From the NCBI GenBank assembly GCA_964577435.1, contig CAZNZD010000001.1, positions 7,247 to 71,246 of the forward strand: a DNA stretch of 64,000 bases, given 5' to 3'. A program made the translations under genes and the position numbers. Every line of letters starts with the position of its first letter. Positions within the stretch are counted from its first letter, which is position 1. The stretch is from an uncultured Clostridia bacterium (lineage in GTDB: Bacteria > Bacillota > DTU025 > MWDF01). Below the pieces are notes generated by a model. That model searched no databases and was not told the origin of the DNA. It saw only the letters and a list, made by a program, of their open reading frames with translations. Of the stretch, positions 51,610-60,581 are shown piece by piece.

Positions 51610-52668
51610 CTATTTGCTCTGGCTGAATCTGAAGTTCATTATGTCGCCGTCGGCTACTACGTACTCCTTGCCTTCGAGCCTGAACAGCCCGGCATTCCTG
51701 GCCCCGGCTATGCCTCCCAGCCTCATGAAGTCGTCGTATGCCACGGTCTCGGCCCTTATGAAGCCCTTCTCGATGTCTGTATGGATCTTTCCGGCAGCTC
51801 CTCTTGCGTTAATGCCCGCAGGTATGGGCCATGCCCTCACCTCGTCCTCGCCCACAGTGAAGAAGGATATAAGACCGAGTCCCTCATAGACCGCCCTTGC
51901 GATCTTGCCCACACCGCTCTCGCTTATGCCGTAGTCCGCCATAAGCTGCGCCCTGTCGGCCTCGTCCAGCTCGGCCAATTCCGCCTCGACGCCTGCGCAA
52001 AGCTCCACAAGCGGCATGCCGTAAGACGAGCAGTGCTCACTGACCTTCTCCATGCCCTCGTACCTGCCCTCGAGAAGCTCACCTTCCCCCAGGTTCACGC
52101 ACATGATCATCGGTTTCACCGAAAGAAGCCCGTAACCGATGAGCCTCTGCCTGTCATCCGCGCTAAGCTCAACCTGCCTAAGGCTCTTCCCCTCGCCCAG
52201 CTCATTGCTGAGCCTTGTCATGAGCTCCAGCTCAGCTTCCTCCTCGGGCTGCCTCTTCTTCTGGGAAGTCAGCCTTTCGACGCGCACCTCGGCGGTCGCC
52301 ATGTCGGCCAGTATCAGCTCGTCGGTTGCATGAAGCGCGTCAGCATAGGCCGCTTTGCCTCCGTCTCCGGCATCGAAGGCCTTCACAACATTTATAAGGG
52401 CGTCCATGGTCCTCATGTGGTTCACAAATTTGATTAACGCCTTCTTGTCCATGGCTTCGGATCCCGAACCGGCAAGGTCCAGGACCTCGACTTGGGCGTA
52501 TGTCGTCTTCTTCGGCCTGAACATGGCCGAAAGCTCATCTATCCTCTTGTCGGGCACCCTCGCCATGCCGATTGCCGCCTCCTGCCTACCCGAGTCGGCC
52601 TTGCCGGTAAGCAGCCTGAACAGCGTGGTCTTGCCCGATGCGCCTTTTCCTATGATTCCAACTTTCAT
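51610..52668 (-). CDS. YchF/Obg-family GTPase-like protein (divergent)
   Basis: Start MKVGIIGKGASGKTTLF (P-loop) with GGAGGG RBS. C-terminal TGS-like tail ...GKIHTDIEKGFIRAETVAYDDF...EGKEYVVADGDIMNFRF matches YchF. Confidence 0.65.
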   Translation of the reverse strand: MKVGIIGKGASGKTTLFRLLTGKADSGRQEAAIGMARVPDKRIDELSAMFRPKKTTYAQVEVLDLAGSGSEAMDKKALIKFVNHMRTMDALINVVKAFDAGDGGKAAYADALHATDELILADMATAEVRVERLTSQKKRQPEEEAELELMTRLSNELGEGKSLRQVELSADDRQRLIGYGLLSVKPMIMCVNLGEGELLEGRYEGMEKVSEHCSSYGMPLVELCAGVEAELAELDEADRAQLMADYGISESGVGKIARAVYEGLGLISFFTVGEDEVRAWPIPAGINARGAAGKIHTDIEKGFIRAETVAYDDFMRLGGIAGARNAGLFRLEGKEYVVADGDIMNFRFSQSK

Positions 52669-52886
52669 CCGATGCCCTCCGAATGCGGCATGCCTTGTTA
52701 TCCGATGCCCTATCATTATGCTAAGAAAATGCCGCTTAGTCAAAGAGGCCGGTTCAGCCCCGAAAAACCTTTCTTCCAGAAGCCGGAAGCCTGGTGCTTG
52801 TCCGCATAGAATGGCGGAGCGCCTAGATTGGGCGTATCCTTGATAGTAAAAGAAGCTCTCCCAATTCCCCCAGGAGGCCACCACGC

Positions 52887-53606
52887 TTGAAGATTGCCAT
52901 CATCGCTGACGTACACAGCAACCTTCCGGCCCTTGAGGCCGTGCTCGGCATCCTAAGCCGGGAAAGGTGCGACGAGATCATCTGTTGCGGCGACATGATC
53001 GGAATCGGTCCGTATCCGGACGAGACGATGCTTAAGATCATGTCCCTGGATAACACTATCTGCGTCCTGGGAAACCATGAGGGATACCTGCTTTGCGGGA
53101 TGGACCCGCCGTCTACTTCCTTCATGGGCGAGGAGGAGAAGCGCTTCCACATCTGGGAGCACGCAAGGCTCAGCCCCGAAAGCAGGCATTTCATCGAGTC
53201 GCTCCGTCCTTCTGCGTCCATAGCGAGAGAAGGCTTTCGGATTTCCGCCATGCACTATAGGATGGAGCCGGACGGCCGCTACTCGCCGATTATTTGGCGG
53301 CCAGGGCCAGATGACTGGGACTACCTATTCGCCGGGATTGATGCGGATATCCTAATCCACGGCCACGACCACCGCCCTTCTTTCAGGCGGAAGGACGGGA
53401 AGTTATACATAAATCCCGGGTCTCTTGGCTGCCCCCATTCGGAAGGGGGGCCCGCTAGGGCGGGGATACTGGAGATTGCGGACGGCAGGATAGAATACCG
53501 CCGCGTAGAGGCAGAATATGATGTCGGGGCGGTGCTCGCCAGGATGGATGAGCTTCAGTGCCCCGCCGGGGGGATAATAAAGCGTATCTTCTTCGGCACT
53601 TCATGA
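52887..53606 (+). CDS. metallophosphoesterase (calcineurin-like, YfcE-type)
   Basis: Motifs DVHSN, GDMIGIG, GNHE and HGHDH are all present. Confidence 0.8.
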   Translation: MKIAIIADVHSNLPALEAVLGILSRERCDEIICCGDMIGIGPYPDETMLKIMSLDNTICVLGNHEGYLLCGMDPPSTSFMGEEEKRFHIWEHARLSPESRHFIESLRPSASIAREGFRISAMHYRMEPDGRYSPIIWRPGPDDWDYLFAGIDADILIHGHDHRPSFRRKDGKLYINPGSLGCPHSEGGPARAGILEIADGRIEYRRVEAEYDVGAVLARMDELQCPAGGIIKRIFFGTS

Positions 53607-53644
53607 CCTCATCCTTTGATTAAGGCCTTTCAGCAAAAAAGGAC

Positions 53645-53682
53645 CCGCATCCTTCGATAGGATAGCGGGTCCGCCCTTTATC
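53645..53682 (-). terminator. rho-independent terminator downstream of hsp20 (between convergent genes)
   Basis: GGACCCGC-N16-GCGGGTCC; on the minus strand it is followed by TTTTTTGCTG. Confidence 0.5.
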
Positions 53683-53695
53683 GCTCATTATTATC

Positions 53696-54139
53696 CTATT
53701 CGGCGTTTACCTTAAGCTTGAACGACGGCGCCTCTTCCTTGGCCTTCTTCGGTATGATCAGCTCCAGCACCCCGTTCTTGTAATTCGCCTTCGCGTTTAC
53801 GGTGTCAAGGCCCTCTGCCAGCTCGAATGCCCTGTAGAACGAACCGCACCTGCGCTCGCGCCTGATGTAGCTCTTCTCGGCCTTCTCCTCCTCGACCTTG
53901 GTCTCTGCCTTAATCTCGAGCCTGTCCTCCTTGAGGTCTATGTCGATCTCCTCCGGTGAGAAGCCTGGCATCTCTGCCTTCAGGACTACCTGCTTTTCGT
54001 CCTCCTCGATGTCCACTGCCGGTGCCCAGCAGCCCTTCTCCCTAGTGTAGGGCCTGGGCATGTCGTCATCCATCAGCCTGTTCATCGTCCTCATCATGTC
54101 AGTCACTTCCCTGTACGGGTTCCACCTTACGATGTTCAT
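53696..54139 (-). CDS. Hsp20/alpha-crystallin small heat-shock protein
   Basis: Alpha-crystallin domain with characteristic AxxxnGVLxl (NGVLELIIPK). Start MNIVRW has GGGAGG 8 nt upstream. Confidence 0.85.
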   Translation of the reverse strand: MNIVRWNPYREVTDMMRTMNRLMDDDMPRPYTREKGCWAPAVDIEEDEKQVVLKAEMPGFSPEEIDIDLKEDRLEIKAETKVEEEKAEKSYIRRERRCGSFYRAFELAEGLDTVNAKANYKNGVLELIIPKKAKEEAPSFKLKVNAE

Positions 54140-54364
54140 TATCATTACCTCCCTCATGTGAGAAGTTTTATTTTCGGTTTCATTATAAGTTTCCTCTAAT
54201 GTATTGTCAATATCTTCTGCCTATGCTTGTTATGTTATATGCTTCGTTTCATATAACGCGCCTCACTTCAATTGAGTTCCAAGCCGCCCTGTACTGCGTG
54301 AAGGATAATGATATACAATGTCGAATAGGTTTTATGAGGATAATAATCATGGGAGGTGTATTTA

Positions 54365-54814
54365 GTGTTCGCTGAGTTCAAGAAGTTCGTGATGAGAGGG
54401 AATGTCATCGACCTGGCAATCGGCATAATCATCGGCGGCGCCTTCGGCAAGATAGTCGCATCATTCGTTAACGAGGTGCTCATGCCGGTAGTAGGCCTGC
54501 TATTGGGCAAGGTGGATTTCAAGAACCTGTTCATCCCGCTTGACGGCAACAGTTATGCGACACTGGCAGAGGCTCAGGCAGCGGGCGCTGCAACCCTCAA
54601 CTACGGCAATTTCATCAGCACCGTGATAGACTTCCTGATCATCGCGTTCGTGATCTTCCTCATGGTGCGCGCCATCAACAAGGCAAAGGAAGCGGCGGCG
54701 AAGAAAGAGGAGGCCGCTCCAGCCCCCGCGCCTACGACCAAGGAGTGCCCGCACTGCTTCACCCAGATAGACCTCAGGGCGAAGCGCTGCCCCAACTGCA
54801 CCTCCGAGCTATAG
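54365..54814 (+). CDS. mscL: large-conductance mechanosensitive channel MscL with C-terminal Cys4 zinc-ribbon extension
   Basis: GTG start 8 nt after GGGAGG. N-terminus [30 protein letters not shown] is the canonical MscL start. C-terminus carries a [16 protein letters not shown] linker then [18 protein letters not shown]. Confidence 0.8.
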   Translation: MFAEFKKFVMRGNVIDLAIGIIIGGAFGKIVASFVNEVLMPVVGLLLGKVDFKNLFIPLDGNSYATLAEAQAAGAATLNYGNFISTVIDFLIIAFVIFLMVRAINKAKEAAAKKEEAAPAPAPTTKECPHCFTQIDLRAKRCPNCTSEL

Positions 54815-54880
54815 GCCCATAACACCCTCATATGAATAATGGCCCGGCATCCTAAGCCGGGCCATTTACGTTTTTTACAT

Positions 54881-56005
54881 CTACTTCTCGTAGACAAGGA
54901 TGGCGTTCGGTATCTGCCTTCCCGGCTTCGTCACGTATTCGCCGTCGAACCATAATCCGCTTGATGCCCCTCCATCGAAGCTCATCGCGTCCTCAGAGCC
55001 AAGAGCCAGCATAAGGGCCGCAAGCTCCTGCATCTTAAGGGCGCTCGTGGTCACCATGAGAAGCCTTCCGTCCTTCGTGACTCCCACAGCGCTTCTGGCA
55101 AGGCTCTGCGACAGCACCTTAGCCTCCGTGAAGCCCTCGCTCATGGCGCTGCTTATGTTAAACGACGCCTTGCCGTCCCAAACTAGCCTCGGCCCAGCTC
55201 CTATCGCCTCATCCGCTTCGGCCCAGAAACCCTTAAGGGGGGCACCCGATGCCTGCATGAGCTTCCATTCCACGGCAGATCCAACCCTGAACCTGGACAG
55301 AAGCGATTTCTCGCTGCCTCTTAGGTGAAGGGCGAAACCATCCTTCGGTATCTTGACCGCAGCATCGGTAATCATAGTCACCCTGCCCGCTGATGCCACC
55401 ACGGTCGACCCGCCGTCTCCTCCGACGTCCCTTCCCCATTCGGGGGTATAGAGGACTGCGGAGTCCCTTGCCGTACTTGCCCTGTTAATATGATGCGCAT
55501 ACCAACTATGAGGATAGCTGTAAGAGCCCTCGGTCGCGCCCACGATCTTGAAGCGGGCTGCCTCCATGTGGACGGAGTTGCCGTCTCCGAAGCCTATCAC
55601 GGTGCCGGTGCCACCCTTATGGACCATTTTTCCCCCCGTAATTATCGTACCCACGGGGTTCCATACCGGCCCGTCGCTGTAGGCGTCGAAGTACGTGCCG
55701 TTGATCGCAGCGACGGCGCCCTTTCTGTCTGCAAGGGACGACAGGTCCTCCATTGCACCGACGATATCATCCGCGAGGCCGATTTCTATGCGGGTCCTCT
55801 TGTCCGATAAGTCCACTTCCACTATGTTAACCGTCACCTTGCTCTGCCCTACCTGCATGACCTTCGCGATGAGGCTCACCGGCCTCTTCTGCGCGCCGAA
55901 GCCGGGAGCTGAAAGAGCCAGCATGAATGCTGCAGCAAGCCCTATGTACCCTAGCAGGCTATGCGAGTTGCCCCGTTTCACTCGTCCACCTCCGAATATG
56001 CTCAT
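54881..56005 (-). CDS. secreted phosphodiester glycosidase-family (NAGPA/DUF2233-like) protein
   Basis: Signal peptide. Motifs AAINGTYFD ... DGRLLMVTTSA...ELAALMLALGSEDAMSFDGGASS match this family. Confidence 0.55.
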   Translation of the reverse strand: MSIFGGGRVKRGNSHSLLGYIGLAAAFMLALSAPGFGAQKRPVSLIAKVMQVGQSKVTVNIVEVDLSDKRTRIEIGLADDIVGAMEDLSSLADRKGAVAAINGTYFDAYSDGPVWNPVGTIITGGKMVHKGGTGTVIGFGDGNSVHMEAARFKIVGATEGSYSYPHSWYAHHINRASTARDSAVLYTPEWGRDVGGDGGSTVVASAGRVTMITDAAVKIPKDGFALHLRGSEKSLLSRFRVGSAVEWKLMQASGAPLKGFWAEADEAIGAGPRLVWDGKASFNISSAMSEGFTEAKVLSQSLARSAVGVTKDGRLLMVTTSALKMQELAALMLALGSEDAMSFDGGASSGLWFDGEYVTKPGRQIPNAILVYEK

Positions 56006-56098
56006 AAGAGGATTATAACCTTTCGGGAGCTCACAACAAAAAGCAGGGCGCGGCTTTCGCCGTGCCCCACCTGATATACGCTTTTAGCTTGCTTTGGA

Positions 56099-57430
56099 CT
56101 ATCTGAACCTCTTCGGCATCAGCTGCGGCCTCATTATGTCTGCATAGGTCTCGCGCCTCGCCACAAGCTGGGCCCTTCCGCCGCGGACGAAGACTACGGG
56201 CGGCTTCGGATGCATGTTGTAGTGCGACGACATTATGTAGTTATATGCTCCGGTGGTCAGCACCGCCAATATGTCGCCGGCCTCAAGCTCTGGAAGGTTA
56301 ATGTTCCAGATGAGCATGTCGCCGGATTCGCAGGCGTTGCCGGCTATCGAATAGAGCTTGGCGGGCTTCTTGTTGGCCTTGTTGGCGACTATCGCATCAT
56401 ATTCCGCCTGATAGAGTGCCACCCTGGGGTTGTCGGTCATGCCGCCGTCGACGGAGGCGTATGTCCTTATGCCAGGGATCTCCTTTATGGCGCCTACGGT
56501 GTAGAGGGTGATGCCGGCCTCGCCGACTATGGACCTTCCGGGCTCCACCATGAGCTTTGGAAGCGGCATCTTGTGCCTGGCTGCTTCCGACTTCACAGTC
56601 GAGCAGATTGCGTCAGCAAGCTGCTCAATGGTGCTGGGCTCGTCTTTCTCCGTGTAGCGCACGCCGAGGCCGCCGCCTAAGTTAAGCTCCTTCATGACGA
56701 AGCCGGTGCGCTTCTTGGCCGAAGCGGCAAACTCCACCATCTTCTGGACTGCAAGGCGATATGCCTCTATGTCGAAGATCTGTGAGCCGATGTGGCAGTG
56801 GAAGCCATGCAGTATGATGTTCTTCTTTGAAAGGGCCATGTCGAGGGCCTTGTCGGCCCTTCCATCGGCAATGCCGAGGCCGAACTTGGAGTCGGTCTGC
56901 CCCGTCTGTATGTATTTATGGGTGTGCGCTTCGACTCCGGGTGCGAGCCTCAGCATTATGTGGGCCTTGACACCGGCCTTCCCCGCAAGCCCATCCATGA
57001 GGTCCAGCTCGTCGAAGTTGTCCACTATGAAGCGGCCTATCCCGGCCTTCAAACCCTGGGTTATCTCCTCGGCGCTCTTGTTGTTGCCGTGGAAGTGGAT
57101 GTTCTCCGGCTTCATTCCGGACGAGAGCGCAAGGGCCAGCTCGCTTCCGGATACGACGTCGATCGACAGGCCCTCCTGCCTTACGAGAGCTGCCATCGCC
57201 TTCATAAGAAACGCCTTGGAGGCGAAGAGGACCTCTATGTTCTCATACCTCGACTTGAAAGCCTCAAGGTATCTCCTGCACTGCGAGCGCATATAGTCCT
57301 CGTCCATCACGTAAAGCGGGGTGCCGTACTTCCCGGCAAGGCCAACCAGGTCCACCTTATTTAGCTTGAGGTGCCCGTCGCGCCCCGACCTGAGGTTATC
57401 TCTTCTATGCATAAACATACCTCCATACAA
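56099..57430 (-). CDS. lysA: diaminopimelate decarboxylase
   Basis: Fold-III PLP decarboxylase. Carries YASKAF (PLP-Lys), the GSELA region, HIGSQ, and a C-terminal CESGD active-site Cys motif. Confidence 0.85.
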   Translation of the reverse strand: MYGGMFMHRRDNLRSGRDGHLKLNKVDLVGLAGKYGTPLYVMDEDYMRSQCRRYLEAFKSRYENIEVLFASKAFLMKAMAALVRQEGLSIDVVSGSELALALSSGMKPENIHFHGNNKSAEEITQGLKAGIGRFIVDNFDELDLMDGLAGKAGVKAHIMLRLAPGVEAHTHKYIQTGQTDSKFGLGIADGRADKALDMALSKKNIILHGFHCHIGSQIFDIEAYRLAVQKMVEFAASAKKRTGFVMKELNLGGGLGVRYTEKDEPSTIEQLADAICSTVKSEAARHKMPLPKLMVEPGRSIVGEAGITLYTVGAIKEIPGIRTYASVDGGMTDNPRVALYQAEYDAIVANKANKKPAKLYSIAGNACESGDMLIWNINLPELEAGDILAVLTTGAYNYIMSSHYNMHPKPPVVFVRGGRAQLVARRETYADIMRPQLMPKRFR

Positions 57431-57549
57431 AGGATATGAGAAAAAGATACCATTGACGGGCGGGGGCTAGCAAGCCTGGCGGCCGCCAAATCTTCGGCGG
57501 CAATGTGCCTACTCCAGCCCCGTATTGTATAATGTCGGTGTGCATCCGT

Positions 57550-57634
57550 GCCGGAGTGGCGGAATGGCAGACGCACGAGACTTAAAATCTTGCGCCCTCA
57601 AGGCGTGCGGGTTCGAATCCCGCCTCCGGCACCA
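57550..57634 (+). tRNA. tRNA-Leu (anticodon TAA), long variable arm, CCA encoded
   Basis: Acceptor stem GCCGGAG/CTCCGGC, anticodon loop CTTAAAA, variable arm CGCCCTCAAGGCGTG, and T-arm CGGGTTCGAATCCCG. Confidence 0.85.
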
Positions 57635-58020
57635 ACCTAGATGGAAGTCTCTCTGAAAGATGAGCATCGTACTTTCCGGTAATGCATATAACGATGATGA
57701 CGAAATGAAGGGAGGTGCGAACATCCTCCTGTTTAGCTATTGTCCGGGATTTTGTCCGCACCTACCATGGCTTGATTCTAGCCGTCATTGACAGTGTTCT
57801 TGGCGCTCATATGCTTCTATACGATACAGGTGCCTATAAAAGATACAGTAAGGAATTATCGCGGTTATGCTGTCATACTTGAGCAAAGCTCAAATAACCT
57901 GATTGCCAGCAGTAGATACAAGGTTTTATAAAGAGAAGGGGTAAGGGGAACAGATAGTATCTGATATGTAGTGATCGAATTTATCACGTCAAACGCCAAT
58001 ACACTGCAGGAGGTGCTAGT

Positions 58021-59175
58021 TTGACTGGTTTTCTATATGCAGAGATCAATGTTATAGGTATCGTGCTGCTGTTGCTTTTCCTCAATAATATGAATAGAGG
58101 CGGCCATAAAAGGATACCGGTCGATCAGCATATATTCAATTCATGTATGATTATGAACATATTGATTTTCTTGTTCGACACCGGGATGTGGATGGTCGAC
58201 GGGAATCATCTTGCGATTTCGAGAACTGTAAACTATGTCGTGACCATGTTGTATTATATTTCTTATCCACTCATTTGCCTTCTATGGCTAATGTATACTG
58301 ACTATAAAATAAACGAAAGCAGGAATGGGCTGCTGAGACGCACCCGCCTCTATGTAATCCCGTGCGCAATAAGCACCGTTTTGAGCCTTTTAAGCCCTTT
58401 TACAGGTTGGCTGTTTATTATAGATGCTAATAACAACTATATGAGAGGGCAGTACTTCTGGGTCATGGCTTTTGTCGCGCTGCTCTATTTGGCAATCTCC
58501 TTTGGGATGTCGTTGAGGGATGTCCTTCTTAACGGTTGGGAAGAGAATAAGAACGTAAATATCCACTTGGTAATCTTCCCTATTGGTATCATTGCAGCTT
58601 CTGTCATACAAATCATGTTTTTTGGCGTTTCTATTATCTGGGTTTGTGCAATGATCGCATTTGCAAGCATTTATATAAATATTCAGAACGGCGAAATATC
58701 AACCGACCATCTAACAGGCCTGTATAACCGACGCCGGCTTGATGAGCATTTTCTAAGAAGAATGAAGTTGCGTAAAAAAGAGCACCTGTTTTTTGCGATT
58801 ATGATCGATTTGGATGACTTTAAGAAGATCAATGACGAACATGGCCACGCAGTCGGGGACAATGCTCTTATAGAGATGTCGGAGCTGCTTCGAAATGTTT
58901 GTAAGGGCAGCGATGATTTTATTGCCAGAATGGGGGGCGATGAGTTCGTCGTATTGGGAGAGCGGACTAAAACCGAGGAAATCATAAAATTGATGAACGA
59001 TATATCGTCCGCAGCTAAAGATAATAATAGCAGGCGCATGCTTGGTTATCTTCTGCAGCCCAGCATGGGTTATTCCGTATTTAAAAATGATGATACAAGA
59101 AATTCTTTCTTTGCGGCTGCAGACCAGGCAATGTACCGCAATAAACAAGAACGGAAATTGGCGCAGAGCAGATAG
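58021..59175 (+). CDS. membrane-anchored GGDEF-domain diguanylate cyclase
   Basis: TTG start 6 nt after AGGAGGTG. About 7 N-terminal TM helices, then RxxD I-site context and the GGDEF motif. AT-rich codon usage. Confidence 0.85.
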   Translation: MTGFLYAEINVIGIVLLLLFLNNMNRGGHKRIPVDQHIFNSCMIMNILIFLFDTGMWMVDGNHLAISRTVNYVVTMLYYISYPLICLLWLMYTDYKINESRNGLLRRTRLYVIPCAISTVLSLLSPFTGWLFIIDANNNYMRGQYFWVMAFVALLYLAISFGMSLRDVLLNGWEENKNVNIHLVIFPIGIIAASVIQIMFFGVSIIWVCAMIAFASIYINIQNGEISTDHLTGLYNRRRLDEHFLRRMKLRKKEHLFFAIMIDLDDFKKINDEHGHAVGDNALIEMSELLRNVCKGSDDFIARMGGDEFVVLGERTKTEEIIKLMNDISSAAKDNNSRRMLGYLLQPSMGYSVFKNDDTRNSFFAAADQAMYRNKQERKLAQSR

Positions 59176-59260
59176 TGCAATTACTTGACGGCGTGCTCTG
59201 AGAAACTGGAGGACATGCTTCACTAAATGTTCCAATGAGTTTAATAGGGGGGATTTTGTA

Positions 59261-59803
59261 ATGGGAAAAGCCACACAAGACCTTCGGAAGGAACACGAGG
59301 CAATTCTTTATGTTCTGCAGATAATAGACAAAATGATCGGCTCTAAAAGGCACGATGCTGAAACCGTGCTTCGTTATTACGGCGAGGTGGTCTATTTCCT
59401 CAAGATATTTGCGGATAAATGCCACCATGGCAAGGAAGAGAACTATCTGTTCAAAGAACTGGTTAATAAAGGAAGCGCTAATGAGGGTGGACCAGTCGGC
59501 TTAATGCTGCAAGAACATGCTCAAGGTAGAGACTACATTGCACAGATGGCTGAAAGCGTGGAAGATCAGGACATCAGTGGTTTTAACCGCGCTGCGATTC
59601 ATTACCGCGACCTGCTGCGCATACATATAGACAAGGAAAACAACGTGCTTTTCATGATGGCGGATAAAGTGCTTGACGAACAATCACAGAGCCTTATGTT
59701 TGAACAATTCGAGCAGTATGAAGAGGGTGTCATAGGATATGGTGTCCATGAGAAACTGCACGCCTCAATTGATGCATGGGCAGAAGCTTTTAACGTGAAA
59801 TGA
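59261..59803 (+). CDS. hemerythrin-like (HHE cation-binding domain) protein
   Basis: 180 aa with spaced His/Glu ligands (HEAI..., HHGKEE..., H..E) of the hemerythrin four-helix-bundle family. Confidence 0.75.
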   Translation: MGKATQDLRKEHEAILYVLQIIDKMIGSKRHDAETVLRYYGEVVYFLKIFADKCHHGKEENYLFKELVNKGSANEGGPVGLMLQEHAQGRDYIAQMAESVEDQDISGFNRAAIHYRDLLRIHIDKENNVLFMMADKVLDEQSQSLMFEQFEQYEEGVIGYGVHEKLHASIDAWAEAFNVK

Positions 59804-59831
59804 AATGTCTATAGATGACAAAGGAGGTTAA

Positions 59832-59984
59832 GATAAAACCTGTAAAAACGTTGTTTTCCCTGTAGGTGCATATGAACCGGAAATCGTCGATCCCGATGGT
59901 GGGATCGCGCCTGTTACTGCGTATGAAGATGTCCTTGATGATTGGCAATGCCCGATTTGCTCTTTAAGCAAGGATGGATTATGA
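59832..59984 (+). pseudogene. decayed rubredoxin gene (no start codon, first CxxC lost)
   Basis: Frame reads DKTCKNVVFPVGAYEPEIVDPDGGIAPVTAYEDVLDDWQCPICSLSKDGL*, against the rubredoxin consensus ...CxxCGYIYDPExGDPDNGVxPGTxFEDxPDDWxCPxCGxxKDxF. An AGGAGG RBS is intact at 59822, but a TAA lies two codons upstream and no ATG/GTG/TTG is present. Confidence 0.4.
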
Positions 59985-60581
59985 ATCTGTTGAAGAATAA
60001 TTGGAGGAAAATGAAACCCGGGTGCTTCGGTATTGATGATGTGGTGTCCCTCCGTTAACGATTCATCTGGCAATGAACACTGCATCAAGATCATCAGCCT
60101 TTTGCAATATTAGAACGCTAACATTGATTCAATGAGCGTCAACATTAGCGTTCTCTCGTCTTGTTAAAAGCCTTTATATAAGGCGTTTGAGATTTTATGC
60201 TTAGCGCTGTGACATTTGACCGTTGAACACCAGCGATTCCCACCGAAACGGCGCCATCCTCTTTACATGCGCTTTCGATTACTCGAAATGCCTTCATTCT
60301 CTCCTATGGTTTCATTTGCCGCAAGAATCATCTCATGCCCGCGCTTCCGGTTTATCCGGCCAGTTGCAGATGCCCACATCCAGCGCCCGTGGCTTGTCCA
60401 AATGAAAGTCTGCATAGATGCAGTACCAACAAGTTCTTTCTGCAGCACCGCCGCGCGCTGTGAAAACGGTGCAAGTCTGTTTCGGCCAGACATTGCCGCC
60501 CGAGTTGGGAGCGTTCAATGCCATATCCTCCCGTCGCCTCGAAGGCTTATCCATTATAATCGCTCCCTTCGAATAATGGCC

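Noticed and set aside
51562-52437. 291-aa plus-strand ORF antisense to the YchF-like gene
   Set aside because: No motifs, and it overlaps a gene with P-loop and TGS signatures on the other strand.
57895-57915. Palindrome GTGAT-N7-ATCAC upstream of the GGDEF gene, considered as a CRP/FNR box
   Set aside because: Half-site spacing does not fit TGTGA-N6-TCACA or TTGAT-N4-ATCAA. Probably fortuitous in AT-rich DNA.
58753-59274. 173-aa minus-strand ORF antisense to the GGDEF gene
   Set aside because: AT-rich antisense frame; the GGDEF gene has its motif, a TTG start and a strong RBS.
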